Source: Candidatus Onthousia faecavium
GTDB taxonomy: Bacteria; Bacillota_I; Bacilli_A; RF39; UBA660
Direction: 5' to 3'
Assembly: GCA_018711135.1 (NCBI GenBank)
Contig: DVIS01000019.1
Location: 2,533-66,532 of the forward strand
DNA length: 64,000 bases
Made by a program: the position numbers and the translations under genes. Below, one piece after another: positions 1 through 9,033 of this stretch. The stretch's first letter is position 1. Each line of letters opens with the position of its first letter. Below the pieces are notes generated by a model. It ran no database searches. It saw nothing but the letters and a program-made list of their open reading frames with translations, and had not been told where the DNA came from.

Positions 1-124
1 CTTGACTATCTTGATTAGTTTTATTTGATGGGGTTGTATCGTCATTAGTTATAACAAAAGTAATTCCACTACCAATTGCAGCACCAGCAATCAAAAATAG
101 TAAAGTAAACAATATTTTTTTCAT
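1..124 (-). CDS. Partial CDS (N-terminus only, runs off the left edge): small secreted or membrane-anchored protein
   Basis: ATG at 122-124 lies 7 nt downstream of AGGAGGA (132-138). The translation MKKILFTLLFLIAGAAIGSGITFVITNDD... is a signal/anchor helix, and the frame stays open to position 1. Confidence 0.45.
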   Translation of the reverse strand, partial: MKKILFTLLFLIAGAAIGSGITFVITNDDTTPSNKTNQDSQ

Positions 125-176
125 AATATTTTCCTCCTATTATTAGGATAACACAAGAAAAGAAAAATGACTATCT

Positions 177-2693
177 TTATTTTAGAAAGTCATCAATAGT
201 CATTAATCTTTTATCAATATCAGCAAGAGATATTTGTTCTTTTTCTATTTCTTTTTCACCTTCATTAGGTGTTTCTAACGTTTTATAAAGGAAAGCTTCC
301 GTTAAACCTTTTTTATTAACGGTACTACCAGTAGAATAACGGTCAGCGATTGGTAATTCGGTTAATTTTATAATATTAACCTCACCATTTTTTAAACCAA
401 TGTGATCTTTATTTGTCACAATAAAGGCTTTGATAATATGGTATGGATTAGTTTTAACATCTCTAATTGTCATTAAACCTCTTCTTGCTCTTGTTGTACG
501 TTCAAATTCGGTTAGTTTAACTCTTTTACCAGTACCTTTATCTGTTAGAACTGCTAAATAGTTAGTATCACTATCTGCAAAGTTACTTATACTGACAACA
601 TTATCACCTTTTAAGTTAATAGCTTTAACACCACTAGCTTTAATACCAACAATAGGTATTTCTTCTTTTAAAAACCATAGACCATAGCCAAGATATGTTT
701 CAATAAATATTTCTTCTTCTAAGTCTAGCATTACGGAAACAACTTTATCATCACTTTTTAGTTTCATACAAGTACTAGGCTTAGAAATACGGGTTATCTT
801 AAAGTCTTTTAATGGCGTTCTCTTAATCATACCGTTTTTAGTACCAATAATAATATTGATATTTTGATTAAAGTCTTTAACAGGGATAGCTCCAATAATT
901 TCTTCTTCTTGATCTAGAGGAACTAAATTGCTAACATGTTTACCTAAGTCTTTCCATTTTAAATCATAGATTGTATGAACAGGTAAAGATAAGAAATTAC
1001 CTAAGTTAGTAAAGACTAATAGAGTATCTAAAGTATTCATTTCATAAATACCTAGTAAGTAATCATTTTCTTTTAGAGTTGTTTCTTCGTTATTGCTAGC
1101 ACTATAACTTTTTAGACTAGTTCGTTTAATATAACCTTCTCTACTTAAGGTAACGATAACATCTTCTTTAGGTAGCATTACTGAGGTATCAATTTTTATT
1201 TCTGTTATTTCGTCTTTTATTTCAGTAAGACGTGGTAGAGCATATTCATCTCTAACCTTTCTAAGTTCGTCTTTCATAACTTTTTTTAGAACTGTTTCAT
1301 TGCCAAGAATAGCGGTTAAGCCATCTATTATTTTTCTAAGAGTAGCAAGACGTTCTTCAAGTTCAACAACATCGGTATTGGTTAAACGATAAAGTTGTAA
1401 TGTTACTATCGCTTCAGCTTGAGAATAACTAAAATCAAATTCTTTAACTAAATTTTCTTTAGCGTCAGCTTTATTTTTACTAGCTCTAATTACTCTAATA
1501 ACCTCATCAAGAATAGAAAGACATTTTATTAATCCTTCAACGATATGTAATTCACTTTTAGCATGATCAAGATCAAATTTACTACGTCTTGTTATAACCT
1601 CTTTTTGATGGTCGATAAAGGCATCAAGAGCAGCTTTAAGGCCAAGCAAGCGAGGACGTTTCTTAACAATAGCAATCATATTAAAGTTATAACTTATTTG
1701 TAAGTCTGTATTTTTTAAAAGGTAATTTACGATTAATTCTTGATTAGCAGCGCTAAGATTTTTCTTTAAGTCAACAACAACTCTAACATCTTCTGCTGAT
1801 TCATCACGCACCTCAACAATACCTTCTATTTTTTTATCTAAGCGAATTTCATCAATTTTTTTAACTAGTAAAGCTTTATTTACCTCAAAAGGAATTTCTG
1901 TTATGACAAGAGAGTTTCCTTCGAAGCTATATTTGCTACGAATATTAACCTTACCTCTTCCTGTTTCATAGGCATCTTTAATACCTTTAATGCCTTCAAC
2001 TATACCACCAGTTGGAAAGTCTGGGCCTTGAACATAGTTCATTAGAGTATCTAAAGAACAGTTAGGATTATCAATTCTATGGATTGTAGCATTTATAACC
2101 TCACCTAAGTTATGGGGTGGTATTTGCGTTGCATAGCCTGCAGATATTCCTTGAGCGCCATAGACTAAAAGAGCTGGAAATCTTGCTGGTAAAACGGTTG
2201 GTTCTAATACAGTATCATCAAAGTTAGGAGCCATTTCGACAGTATCTTTATTAATATCACGAAGCATCTCATTACTTATTTTAGAAAGTCTAGCCTCGGT
2301 ATAACGATAAGCAGCGGGAGAGTCTCCATCAATGGAACCATTATTACCATGCATATCAATATAAGGAAGTCTTGTCTTCCAAGCTTGACTCATTCTAACC
2401 ATGGCATCATAAATAGAGGTATCACCATGAGGATGATAATTACCAATTACATCTCCAACTGTTTTCGCACTTTTGCGATAACCATGATCATAAGTATTCT
2501 TTTCTTTATACATAGAATAAAGAATACGACGTTGAACTGGTTTTAGTCCATCTCTTGCATCAGGAATAGCACGTTCTTGAATAATATATTTAGAGTAACT
2601 ACCAAAGCGTTCTCCCATTATATCTTCAAGAGTATAATCCCAAATCTTCTCAAGTACCTCTTTTGTTTCTGTTTTTTTAGCTTGCCTAGTCAT
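177..2693 (-). CDS. parC: DNA topoisomerase IV subunit A (type IIA topoisomerase A subunit)
   Basis: 838-aa ORF with the GERFGSYSKYIIQERAIPDARDGLKPVQRRILYSM and AAYRYTEARL (catalytic Tyr) motifs. It sits in an operon with a ParE/GyrB-type B subunit. I saw no GyrA-box-like motif in the C-terminal domain, which favours ParC over GyrA. Confidence 0.85.
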   Translation of the reverse strand: MTRQAKKTETKEVLEKIWDYTLEDIMGERFGSYSKYIIQERAIPDARDGLKPVQRRILYSMYKEKNTYDHGYRKSAKTVGDVIGNYHPHGDTSIYDAMVRMSQAWKTRLPYIDMHGNNGSIDGDSPAAYRYTEARLSKISNEMLRDINKDTVEMAPNFDDTVLEPTVLPARFPALLVYGAQGISAGYATQIPPHNLGEVINATIHRIDNPNCSLDTLMNYVQGPDFPTGGIVEGIKGIKDAYETGRGKVNIRSKYSFEGNSLVITEIPFEVNKALLVKKIDEIRLDKKIEGIVEVRDESAEDVRVVVDLKKNLSAANQELIVNYLLKNTDLQISYNFNMIAIVKKRPRLLGLKAALDAFIDHQKEVITRRSKFDLDHAKSELHIVEGLIKCLSILDEVIRVIRASKNKADAKENLVKEFDFSYSQAEAIVTLQLYRLTNTDVVELEERLATLRKIIDGLTAILGNETVLKKVMKDELRKVRDEYALPRLTEIKDEITEIKIDTSVMLPKEDVIVTLSREGYIKRTSLKSYSASNNEETTLKENDYLLGIYEMNTLDTLLVFTNLGNFLSLPVHTIYDLKWKDLGKHVSNLVPLDQEEEIIGAIPVKDFNQNINIIIGTKNGMIKRTPLKDFKITRISKPSTCMKLKSDDKVVSVMLDLEEEIFIETYLGYGLWFLKEEIPIVGIKASGVKAINLKGDNVVSISNFADSDTNYLAVLTDKGTGKRVKLTEFERTTRARRGLMTIRDVKTNPYHIIKAFIVTNKDHIGLKNGEVNIIKLTELPIADRYSTGSTVNKKGLTEAFLYKTLETPNEGEKEIEKEQISLADIDKRLMTIDDFLK

Positions 2694-2712
2694 TTTATCA
2701 CTACTTTCTCAT

Positions 2713-3204
2713 TTATTTTCTAATGCCACGAAACGCCAATTTTCTAACTCTATCAAGTGTCTTTTCATAGTTTTTATCTTGATATCGTTCAAAAAAGCAT
2801 CTATACATTCTTCTTGTACTATCACTACTAGCTCGATAGTTATCTTCCATATATTCTTCACAAACTTTATCAATAGTTTTGTCTTTTCTATTATCAAGGT
2901 ATTCTTTTGAAAGATAGATTGGTTTTATATTAGCGATATTATCAATATACTTATTACCATTACTCCATCTTTCATAATATAATGAACCAAAAACAAAGAC
3001 CTCATTTGTTCCAATTAAATCTCTAATCTCAGCAATTTCTAAGCCATCAACATTTTCAAAAGGAATTAAAGTTATATCACTTGGTGTCGGTGTGCTCATA
3101 GAAATTAAAGAATTATAGTAATCAATATTATGTGTTCGTCTGTTGTCATTTGTTTTTAAAACAAAGAATTTATATGCTGGTACATCAAAAGTATTTTCTT
3201 TCAT
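2713..3204 (-). CDS. Hypothetical 163-aa protein packed between parE and parC
   Basis: Long ORF in the operon orientation, 12 nt after the parE stop and 19 nt before the parC start, with AGGAGGT-like SD GGAGGTTTGG upstream. No signal peptide and no motif I recognise. Confidence 0.6.
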   Translation of the reverse strand: MKENTFDVPAYKFFVLKTNDNRRTHNIDYYNSLISMSTPTPSDITLIPFENVDGLEIAEIRDLIGTNEVFVFGSLYYERWSNGNKYIDNIANIKPIYLSKEYLDNRKDKTIDKVCEEYMEDNYRASSDSTRRMYRCFFERYQDKNYEKTLDRVRKLAFRGIRK

Positions 3205-3216
3205 AAACCAAACCTC

Positions 3217-5118
3217 CTATATTTTATAATCATCTTCTAAGGTAAATTCCACATTTTCATCAATCCATTCTTTACGAGGAGCAACCTCATCTCCCATTAA
3301 GACAGATACACGTTTTTCTGCTAATTGAGCATCTTCAATATTAACTCTAATTAGGGTTCTACTACCTGGTTTCATAGTTGTCTCACATAATTGATCAGCA
3401 TTCATCTCACCAAGTCCTTTATAACGTTGGATTTCACATTTTTTACCTTTAGATTTTTCTTTCATTTCTTCAACAGTATAAGCGTATTCTATATTTTTAC
3501 CACTTTGAATTTTAAATAATGGTGGTAGCGCTACAAATAGTCTGCCATCTTCAATTAAGGGGCGCATGTAGCGATAGAAGAATGTTAAAAGTAAGCACTG
3601 GATATGACCACCATCTTCATCAGCATCACTCATGATGATAACTTTACTATATTCACAGTCATTAATATCAAAATTAGCGCCATATCCTGCTCCAATAGTA
3701 TAGATCATGGTATTTATTTCTTCATTCTTTAAAATATCTTCTACTTTAGCTTTTTCGGTATTTAAAACTTTTCCTCTTAAAGGTAAGACAGCTTGATATT
3801 TCCTATCTCTTCCTTGTTTAGCAGAACCACCAGCAGAGTCACCTTCTACTAAGAATAATTCATTTTTTGTTTTATCTTTAGATTGCGCTGGGGTAAGTTT
3901 GCCTGATAAAGCTCGTTCTTTAGGATTTTTACTTTTTCCTTTTCTAGCTTCTTCTCTTGCTTTACGAGCAGCTTCCCTAGCTAATTTACTTTTCAAAGAT
4001 TTAGTAATTATCTCCGTTGCGATCGCTTTGTTTTCTTCTAAAAAGAATTGTAATTTCTCACTAACAATCGCATCAACTATCGCTCTAGCTTGGGGTGTTC
4101 CTAATTTCCCTTTTGTTTGGCCTTCAAATTGTAATAAATCTTCAGGTATTTTCAAAGAGATAACAGCAGTTAAGCCTTCTCTAACATCACTACCTTCTAA
4201 AGCTTTCTCTTTACCTTTGATAAAGCCATTGTTTTTAGCATAATCATTAAAAACACGGGTTAAAGCGGTCTTAAAACCAACCTCATGAGTTCCACCATCA
4301 CTAGTTTTAACATTATTGACGAAGGAGACAATGTTTTCTTGATAAGTATCGGTATATTGCATAGCAATTTCAACATCTATTTTATTTTTAACGCCTTCAA
4401 AGTCTAAAACATTATGAAGAGTTGCTTTATCTTCATTGAGATATTCAACAAAAGCGACTAGTCCTGTTTCATAACAGAATTTAGCATGACGATTATCCTC
4501 TTCATCAATAACCTCGATCGTAAGGCCTTTTAGAAGAAAAGCTGACTCTTGCATTCGTTCACAGATAGTTGTGTAGGAAAAATTAGTTGTTGAAAATATT
4601 TCTGGATCTGGTAAGAATCTAACGGTTGTCCCGGTTTTATTAGTAGTACCAATTTGTTTTAACGGTACTGCTACTTTACCACCATTTTCAAACCGGATAT
4701 AGTATTCTCCTTTATCACGTTTGATTGTTACCTCCATCCATTTAGATAGAGCATTAACAACACTAGCACCAACACCGTGAAGACCACCTGATACTTTATA
4801 GCCAGCTTCTTCAAATTTACCTCCGGCATGAAGAACTGTGTAGATAACCTCAGGAGTTGGTTTACCTGAAGCATGCATACCAACAGGAACACCACGTCCT
4901 TCATCAGTTACACTTACACTCTTATCAGAATGAATAGTAATTGTTATATGTTTACCATAACCATTTATCGCTTCATCAATTGCATTATCAACTATTTCCC
5001 ATACTAAATGATGAAGACCTCGTTTATCGGTTGAACCTATATACATACCAGGTCTTTTTCTAACTGCTTCAAGACCTTCTAATATTTTTATTGAACTATC
5101 ATCATATTTTACTGCCAT
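3217..5118 (-). CDS. parE: DNA topoisomerase IV subunit B
   Basis: GHKL ATPase motifs (LEGLEAVRKRPGMYIGST, EIVDNAIDEA) and TOPRIM (LFLVEGDSAGGSAKQGRDR, PLRGKVLN). I moved the start to ATG 5118, which has GAAGGA 10 nt upstream; the track ATG at 5136 lies inside that SD. Confidence 0.85.
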   Translation of the reverse strand: MAVKYDDSSIKILEGLEAVRKRPGMYIGSTDKRGLHHLVWEIVDNAIDEAINGYGKHITITIHSDKSVSVTDEGRGVPVGMHASGKPTPEVIYTVLHAGGKFEEAGYKVSGGLHGVGASVVNALSKWMEVTIKRDKGEYYIRFENGGKVAVPLKQIGTTNKTGTTVRFLPDPEIFSTTNFSYTTICERMQESAFLLKGLTIEVIDEEDNRHAKFCYETGLVAFVEYLNEDKATLHNVLDFEGVKNKIDVEIAMQYTDTYQENIVSFVNNVKTSDGGTHEVGFKTALTRVFNDYAKNNGFIKGKEKALEGSDVREGLTAVISLKIPEDLLQFEGQTKGKLGTPQARAIVDAIVSEKLQFFLEENKAIATEIITKSLKSKLAREAARKAREEARKGKSKNPKERALSGKLTPAQSKDKTKNELFLVEGDSAGGSAKQGRDRKYQAVLPLRGKVLNTEKAKVEDILKNEEINTMIYTIGAGYGANFDINDCEYSKVIIMSDADEDGGHIQCLLLTFFYRYMRPLIEDGRLFVALPPLFKIQSGKNIEYAYTVEEMKEKSKGKKCEIQRYKGLGEMNADQLCETTMKPGSRTLIRVNIEDAQLAEKRVSVLMGDEVAPRKEWIDENVEFTLEDDYKI

Positions 5119-5195
5119 TAATTTCACATCCTTCAAGTGCCAAAAAAAGACACAAAGTTTCTTTTCTTTTGCCCTTATCTAAACTTTCAACGTAT

Positions 5196-5224
5196 ATTTT
5201 ATCAAAAAAAAGATGGTAATTCAA
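5196..5224 (-). promoter_or_regulatory. Sigma-A-type promoter candidate for the parE operon
   Basis: On the minus strand, TTGAAT (5219-5224), a 17-nt spacer, then TAAAAT (5196-5201), about 75 nt upstream of parE. Confidence 0.45.
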
Positions 5225-5261
5225 GAAAATTCATTATTTTATCATGTATTTCTTTTATTAT

Positions 5262-5287
5262 AGAAAAAGAACCGTAAGAAATACGGT
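5262..5287 (-). terminator. Weak intrinsic terminator candidate after the 194-aa ORF
   Basis: Minus strand ACCGTA-TTTCT-TACGGT hairpin followed by TCTTTTTCT. The stem is only 6 bp. Confidence 0.35.
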
Positions 5288-5351
5288 ACTGTCTTAGTAA
5301 ATAAGAATTTAGTATTTTTTTTCGAGGATTTTGTCACCTCATCTTTGTTTT

Positions 5352-5936
5352 TTACACAAGAACCTTATTATGAAGGGAACCTATTTTTTTAACAAAAGTA
5401 TGTTCTTGCTCTTTTTGACTAAATTGTTCAGATAGAACTAAAACACTATTTTTATATCTATTATAAGCAAAATCATAATCACTGTTTTCAATGGCTTTTA
5501 CACATGGTGCTATTATACTTTCATATATGTAGTTATATATTTGTTCATTATTTTCTATGGCATTAATATTCTCAACAATTATAGGAGCTATATTGTAATA
5601 AAGAGTTATATCTTCTTTTGATACAAAATTATCTCTAAACCATCTTAAAACTGTTAATTCATAACAATTGTCATCAAAATCAGCCCCTAAATGTTTCATA
5701 CAAGCAGTTGTTAAATAGCATTTAATATCTGTTGTCTCTTTATTTCCATCCGTTGTGTCTACAATAGAGCCTTCGCCTGTATCACTATCATACTTTATGT
5801 GAATCGACTTATGTTCAGAATTTTCAGCAGGACAACTATCATATATATCAACATGACTTCTATCATTTTTATCATTAAATACTCTAATTTCAACTCCTTC
5901 ATCATTTATATAATGTCCATATTTATCTTTTCCCAT
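5352..5936 (-). CDS. Hypothetical protein with a Cys-containing C-terminal motif
   Basis: 194-aa ORF. The C-terminal half contains CYLTTACMKHLGADFDDNCYELTVLRWFRDNF. I believe this pattern recurs in Firmicute hypothetical proteins but I cannot name the family. Confidence 0.5.
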   Translation of the reverse strand: MGKDKYGHYINDEGVEIRVFNDKNDRSHVDIYDSCPAENSEHKSIHIKYDSDTGEGSIVDTTDGNKETTDIKCYLTTACMKHLGADFDDNCYELTVLRWFRDNFVSKEDITLYYNIAPIIVENINAIENNEQIYNYIYESIIAPCVKAIENSDYDFAYNRYKNSVLVLSEQFSQKEQEHTFVKKIGSLHNKVLV

Positions 5937-6264
5937 TATTACTCATCCTTTCCTCATTTATAGCTTTAATTATTACCTCATATCTAATTAAAATATTATC
6001 CGTTAACAAAGATTCGACTCCTATATCTTTTCTTGGTAATAAATCCCATTTAATTTCTTCTAATAAAGTATGTATTTTTAAAGACTCATCTGTTGTTACA
6101 ATATCAAGATTTTTATTAGCATAATAATATTGTATCCACTTAAGTAGGACATTCAAAATCATTTCATAATCAGCTTTTACTCTATTAAAAGAATCTAAAT
6201 GAATAGCTATTTCAATATTACCAATAATATCAGCAAAATCACTAACTAATTTTTTATTAATCAT
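5923..6264 (-). CDS. Hypothetical small helical protein (113 aa)
   Basis: ORF that overlaps the downstream gene by 14 nt, suggesting translational coupling. No recognisable motif. Confidence 0.45.
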   Translation of the reverse strand: MINKKLVSDFADIIGNIEIAIHLDSFNRVKADYEMILNVLLKWIQYYYANKNLDIVTTDESLKIHTLLEEIKWDLLPRKDIGVESLLTDNILIRYEVIIKAINEERMSNNGKR

Positions 6265-6336
6265 AATTCCTCCAACTATTTATACTGCTAGTGTGTAATG
6301 TTTTATACACTACTTTATTTCTATAATTTCTTCACA

Positions 6337-6561
6337 TTATTTTTCTCCCTTAATCAATTCTAATTTTTTGTGAATGTTTAACAAATAGTCACTACAAATT
6401 TCAATTTGCTCTATATAATTTCCATCTTTTAGAGCATATTTCTCTAGTAGTGGCAATGACCTTTTATGAACATCATCTAATATATCTATAGATAAGACAT
6501 TAAAATATTCACTTTTATCATATTCTATTTTTTGCTCTACTATCAATTTAAGCATTTCCAT
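6337..6561 (-). CDS. Hypothetical small protein (74 aa)
   Basis: ORF in the same orientation as its neighbours. No recognisable motif. Confidence 0.35.
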   Translation of the reverse strand: MEMLKLIVEQKIEYDKSEYFNVLSIDILDDVHKRSLPLLEKYALKDGNYIEQIEICSDYLLNIHKKLELIKGEK

Positions 6562-6690
6562 ATATTCGTTTTTTCATCTTGATATGGAAAATAGAAAATA
6601 GATATTGACAGATTAAACAATAGTTTCTCAAAAGCTTTATCTATTTCTTGAATATTCATAAATTTTATTTTTCCTCTTTTTATCAAACTT

Positions 6691-7524
6691 TTAATATTCA
6701 TTCTTTTCACATGTATAACCATTACCAGTTAGTTCTTTTTCAATGGCTCTTGCACTTTGATTAAGTTCATATTCTGGATAAAAACCACCAAATTCTGCTA
6801 TATTAGTTGAAATATAGTCAAGATCTAGTTTTTCATAGTCAATTTCTTGAGTTGTTCTTTGCATAGCAGCACTTACATCACAACTTGTACTCATACCAAT
6901 ATCAGTATTATCTACTGTCTCTTTTAAAGCTAAACAGTCATTTTGCTTTTCGGTTAAGATATTACTATCAGTGGCACTATCTGCTAAGCGACTGGTAGTT
7001 ACAGAACTACTACTCTTTAATTTATTTTCTGTATATCTAAATGTTAAAGTATATTCGTAGTTGATATTATCGGTACTAAGATTCATTTTACAAGTCATTG
7101 TACCACTCTTTAAGTCACTATTTCCTGTAACCTCATTTTTATAATTAGTGACAAAATTTGTAATTTCTGGTAAAAAGAAGACAAAAGCAAAGAGGAAAAG
7201 CAATAATAAAACTAAGAAAACAGGATGACCACTTTTCTTTTTCTTAGGAGAATTAGGTGCAGGAGTACTATTGTTAGGAGTAGAATTATTAGTTCCACTA
7301 TTTACAGTATTAACCTCTTTTATATTCTCATTACCTTGTACAACTTGTGGTTCGTTATTAACTACCGTAGTACTAGTAGCATTAGGAACTGTAACACCAG
7401 GATTAACATTAGATGCCGTTGGTTGATTAAGAGTTGATGTTTCAGCATTACTATTATTTACATTATTCACTGTTTCATTAGGTTGAATATTTTGATTATT
7501 TTCCGTTTGATTACTATTATTCAT
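6691..7524 (-). CDS. Membrane-anchored protein with an N/T/S-rich low-complexity N-terminus
   Basis: 277 aa. The Asn/Thr/Pro-rich first ~95 aa are followed by one TM helix (HPVFLVLLLLFLFAFVFFL) and then a ~160-aa extracytoplasmic domain with 4 Cys. Confidence 0.55.
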   Translation of the reverse strand: MNNSNQTENNQNIQPNETVNNVNNSNAETSTLNQPTASNVNPGVTVPNATSTTVVNNEPQVVQGNENIKEVNTVNSGTNNSTPNNSTPAPNSPKKKKSGHPVFLVLLLLFLFAFVFFLPEITNFVTNYKNEVTGNSDLKSGTMTCKMNLSTDNINYEYTLTFRYTENKLKSSSSVTTSRLADSATDSNILTEKQNDCLALKETVDNTDIGMSTSCDVSAAMQRTTQEIDYEKLDLDYISTNIAEFGGFYPEYELNQSARAIEKELTGNGYTCEKNEY

Positions 7525-7565
7525 AATAGCCCTCCATTCTATATTAATTATAACACTCTAAAATA

Positions 7566-8195
7566 TTAACGTAAACTAGTAATTTTGGCTTGATAGTCAT
7601 CACTATTAGTTATATAACTGCCACTAACTATAATATCTACAAGTGATTTAATCTTCTTACTAACTGTTTCATTAATACCACCATCAATACTTATTTTAAA
7701 ATTAAACATCGGATATTCTTTTTTTAATACTTGTAGTTCTTGTAATTTAGAAATAGTTTTAGTAATAAACTTTTGTCCTCCTTCTCCTGGAGTTACTCCC
7801 ATAACAAGAATTAAATCAAGATATGGTAAATAAGGAATAATCGTACTAACCTCATCTAAAGGATTTAAGACAATACCACATTTTATACCATAACTTTTAA
7901 TAAGTTTTAAATTACTTAATACCTCTTCTAAACTATCAAGATGAATAGAAATATATTCAGTGTTTAAACTAGCATAATCTTTAATATATTTACTAGGGTT
8001 ATTAACCATTAAATGAACATCAAGACGTTTGTTAGTAAATTTATAAATATGTTTTATTTCTCCAAAGGGTAAAGTTTTTTTACTAACATATTTTCCATCC
8101 ATCACGTCAACATGAATAAAGTCAACATCTGTCTCATTTAATTTTGATAATGTTAAAGGAATATTATTACTACTTAGGAAAGATGCACTAATCAT
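7566..8195 (-). CDS. rpe: Ribulose-phosphate 3-epimerase
   Basis: Motifs HVDVMDGKYV, HLMV and VMGVTPGEGGQKF, plus the conserved position after rsgA. Confidence 0.8.
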   Translation of the reverse strand: MISASFLSSNNIPLTLSKLNETDVDFIHVDVMDGKYVSKKTLPFGEIKHIYKFTNKRLDVHLMVNNPSKYIKDYASLNTEYISIHLDSLEEVLSNLKLIKSYGIKCGIVLNPLDEVSTIIPYLPYLDLILVMGVTPGEGGQKFITKTISKLQELQVLKKEYPMFNFKISIDGGINETVSKKIKSLVDIIVSGSYITNSDDYQAKITSLR

Positions 8196-9025
8196 TTCTT
8201 GGCCTCCTCATAAAATTTTAAATAGCTATTGTATCTAGATTCTAATATTTTTTTATCTAAGACAGCTTTCTTCACAGAACATTCTTTTTCTTTAGTATGA
8301 GAGCAGTCTTTAAAAGGACAAGGATAATCCTTAAACTCAATGAAAGCTTTTTTTATATCTTCTTTGGTGTAGTCATTAAAATTTAAAGCAGAAAATCCGG
8401 GAGTATCTAAGACTTTTCCTTCTAGAAAGTCATATAAGGAAACGTTTCTGGTTGTATGTTTTCCTCTACCTAAAGCAAGAGAAATTTCGCCAGTTTCAAT
8501 ATTCCAACTGGGGTTAAGTTTATTTAATAAAGTACTTTTTCCTGCTCCTGTTTGTCCTACGAAAACATTAGTCTTATTTTTTATTAAAGCTTTTATCTCA
8601 TCTAAGTCATTATTAGTAACTATCTTATAGCCTATATTATTATAATAACCTAAAACTAGCTTGATCTTATCAGATAAAGTCAAGCTAGCTAAGTCTAATT
8701 TCGTAAGACAAATAATACTTTTGGTATTATGTAATTCCATAAGGGTTATAAAGCGGTCTAGTAATCCTATAGAAAAGTCAGGATTAATTAAACTGGTAAC
8801 AAGAAAAGCTTGATCTATATTACTAACAAGAGGTCTAGCAAATTCATTTTTTCTTGGTAATATCTCTTCAATTACTAATTTTTTATCATCAAATGTAACA
8901 TAGTCACCTACTCGAGGCAAGAGTTTATCTTTACGAAACTTTCCTCTTGGAATACAGTTATATAATTTCTCTCCACTTTTTACCGTATGTCTATTACTAC
9001 TTATTTTAATTATTTGTCCTTTCAT
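8192..9025 (-). CDS. rsgA: Ribosome small-subunit biogenesis GTPase RsgA (YloQ/CpgA)
   Basis: Circularly permuted GTPase motifs (LTKLDL ... VGQTGAGKSTLLNKL ... DTPGF) and a C-terminal CxHxxExxC zinc motif (CPFKDCSHTKEKEC). Confidence 0.85.
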   Translation of the reverse strand: MKGQIIKISSNRHTVKSGEKLYNCIPRGKFRKDKLLPRVGDYVTFDDKKLVIEEILPRKNEFARPLVSNIDQAFLVTSLINPDFSIGLLDRFITLMELHNTKSIICLTKLDLASLTLSDKIKLVLGYYNNIGYKIVTNNDLDEIKALIKNKTNVFVGQTGAGKSTLLNKLNPSWNIETGEISLALGRGKHTTRNVSLYDFLEGKVLDTPGFSALNFNDYTKEDIKKAFIEFKDYPCPFKDCSHTKEKECSVKKAVLDKKILESRYNSYLKFYEEAKK

Positions 9026-9033
9026 TTGTCCCC

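Noticed and set aside
2349-2546. Short or medium ORFs on the strand opposite long, well-supported genes: 2349-2546, 3899-4243, 7225-7437, 8987-9193, 9602-9952, 20161-20442, 22132-22329, 35350-35562, 37330-37626, 39153-39470, 40772-41042, 41982-42281, 42796-43083, 44026-44232, 45830-46027, 48251-48457, 50843-51085, 52648-52833, 54866-55063 and 56297-56659. Also the same-strand shadow ORF 2709-2897.
   Set aside because: All lie inside genes with clear homology-type motifs, lack SD sequences, and have low-complexity or hydrophobic translations typical of antisense frames in AT-rich DNA.
6543-6659. A 38-aa ORF (MNIQEIDKAFEKLLFNLSISIFYFPYQDEKTNIWKCLN) as an independent gene.
   Set aside because: It overlaps the start of the 74-aa ORF in another frame and has a poorly spaced SD. 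It is more likely the 5' part of a frameshifted gene or noise, and is mentioned only in the small-gene-trio finding.
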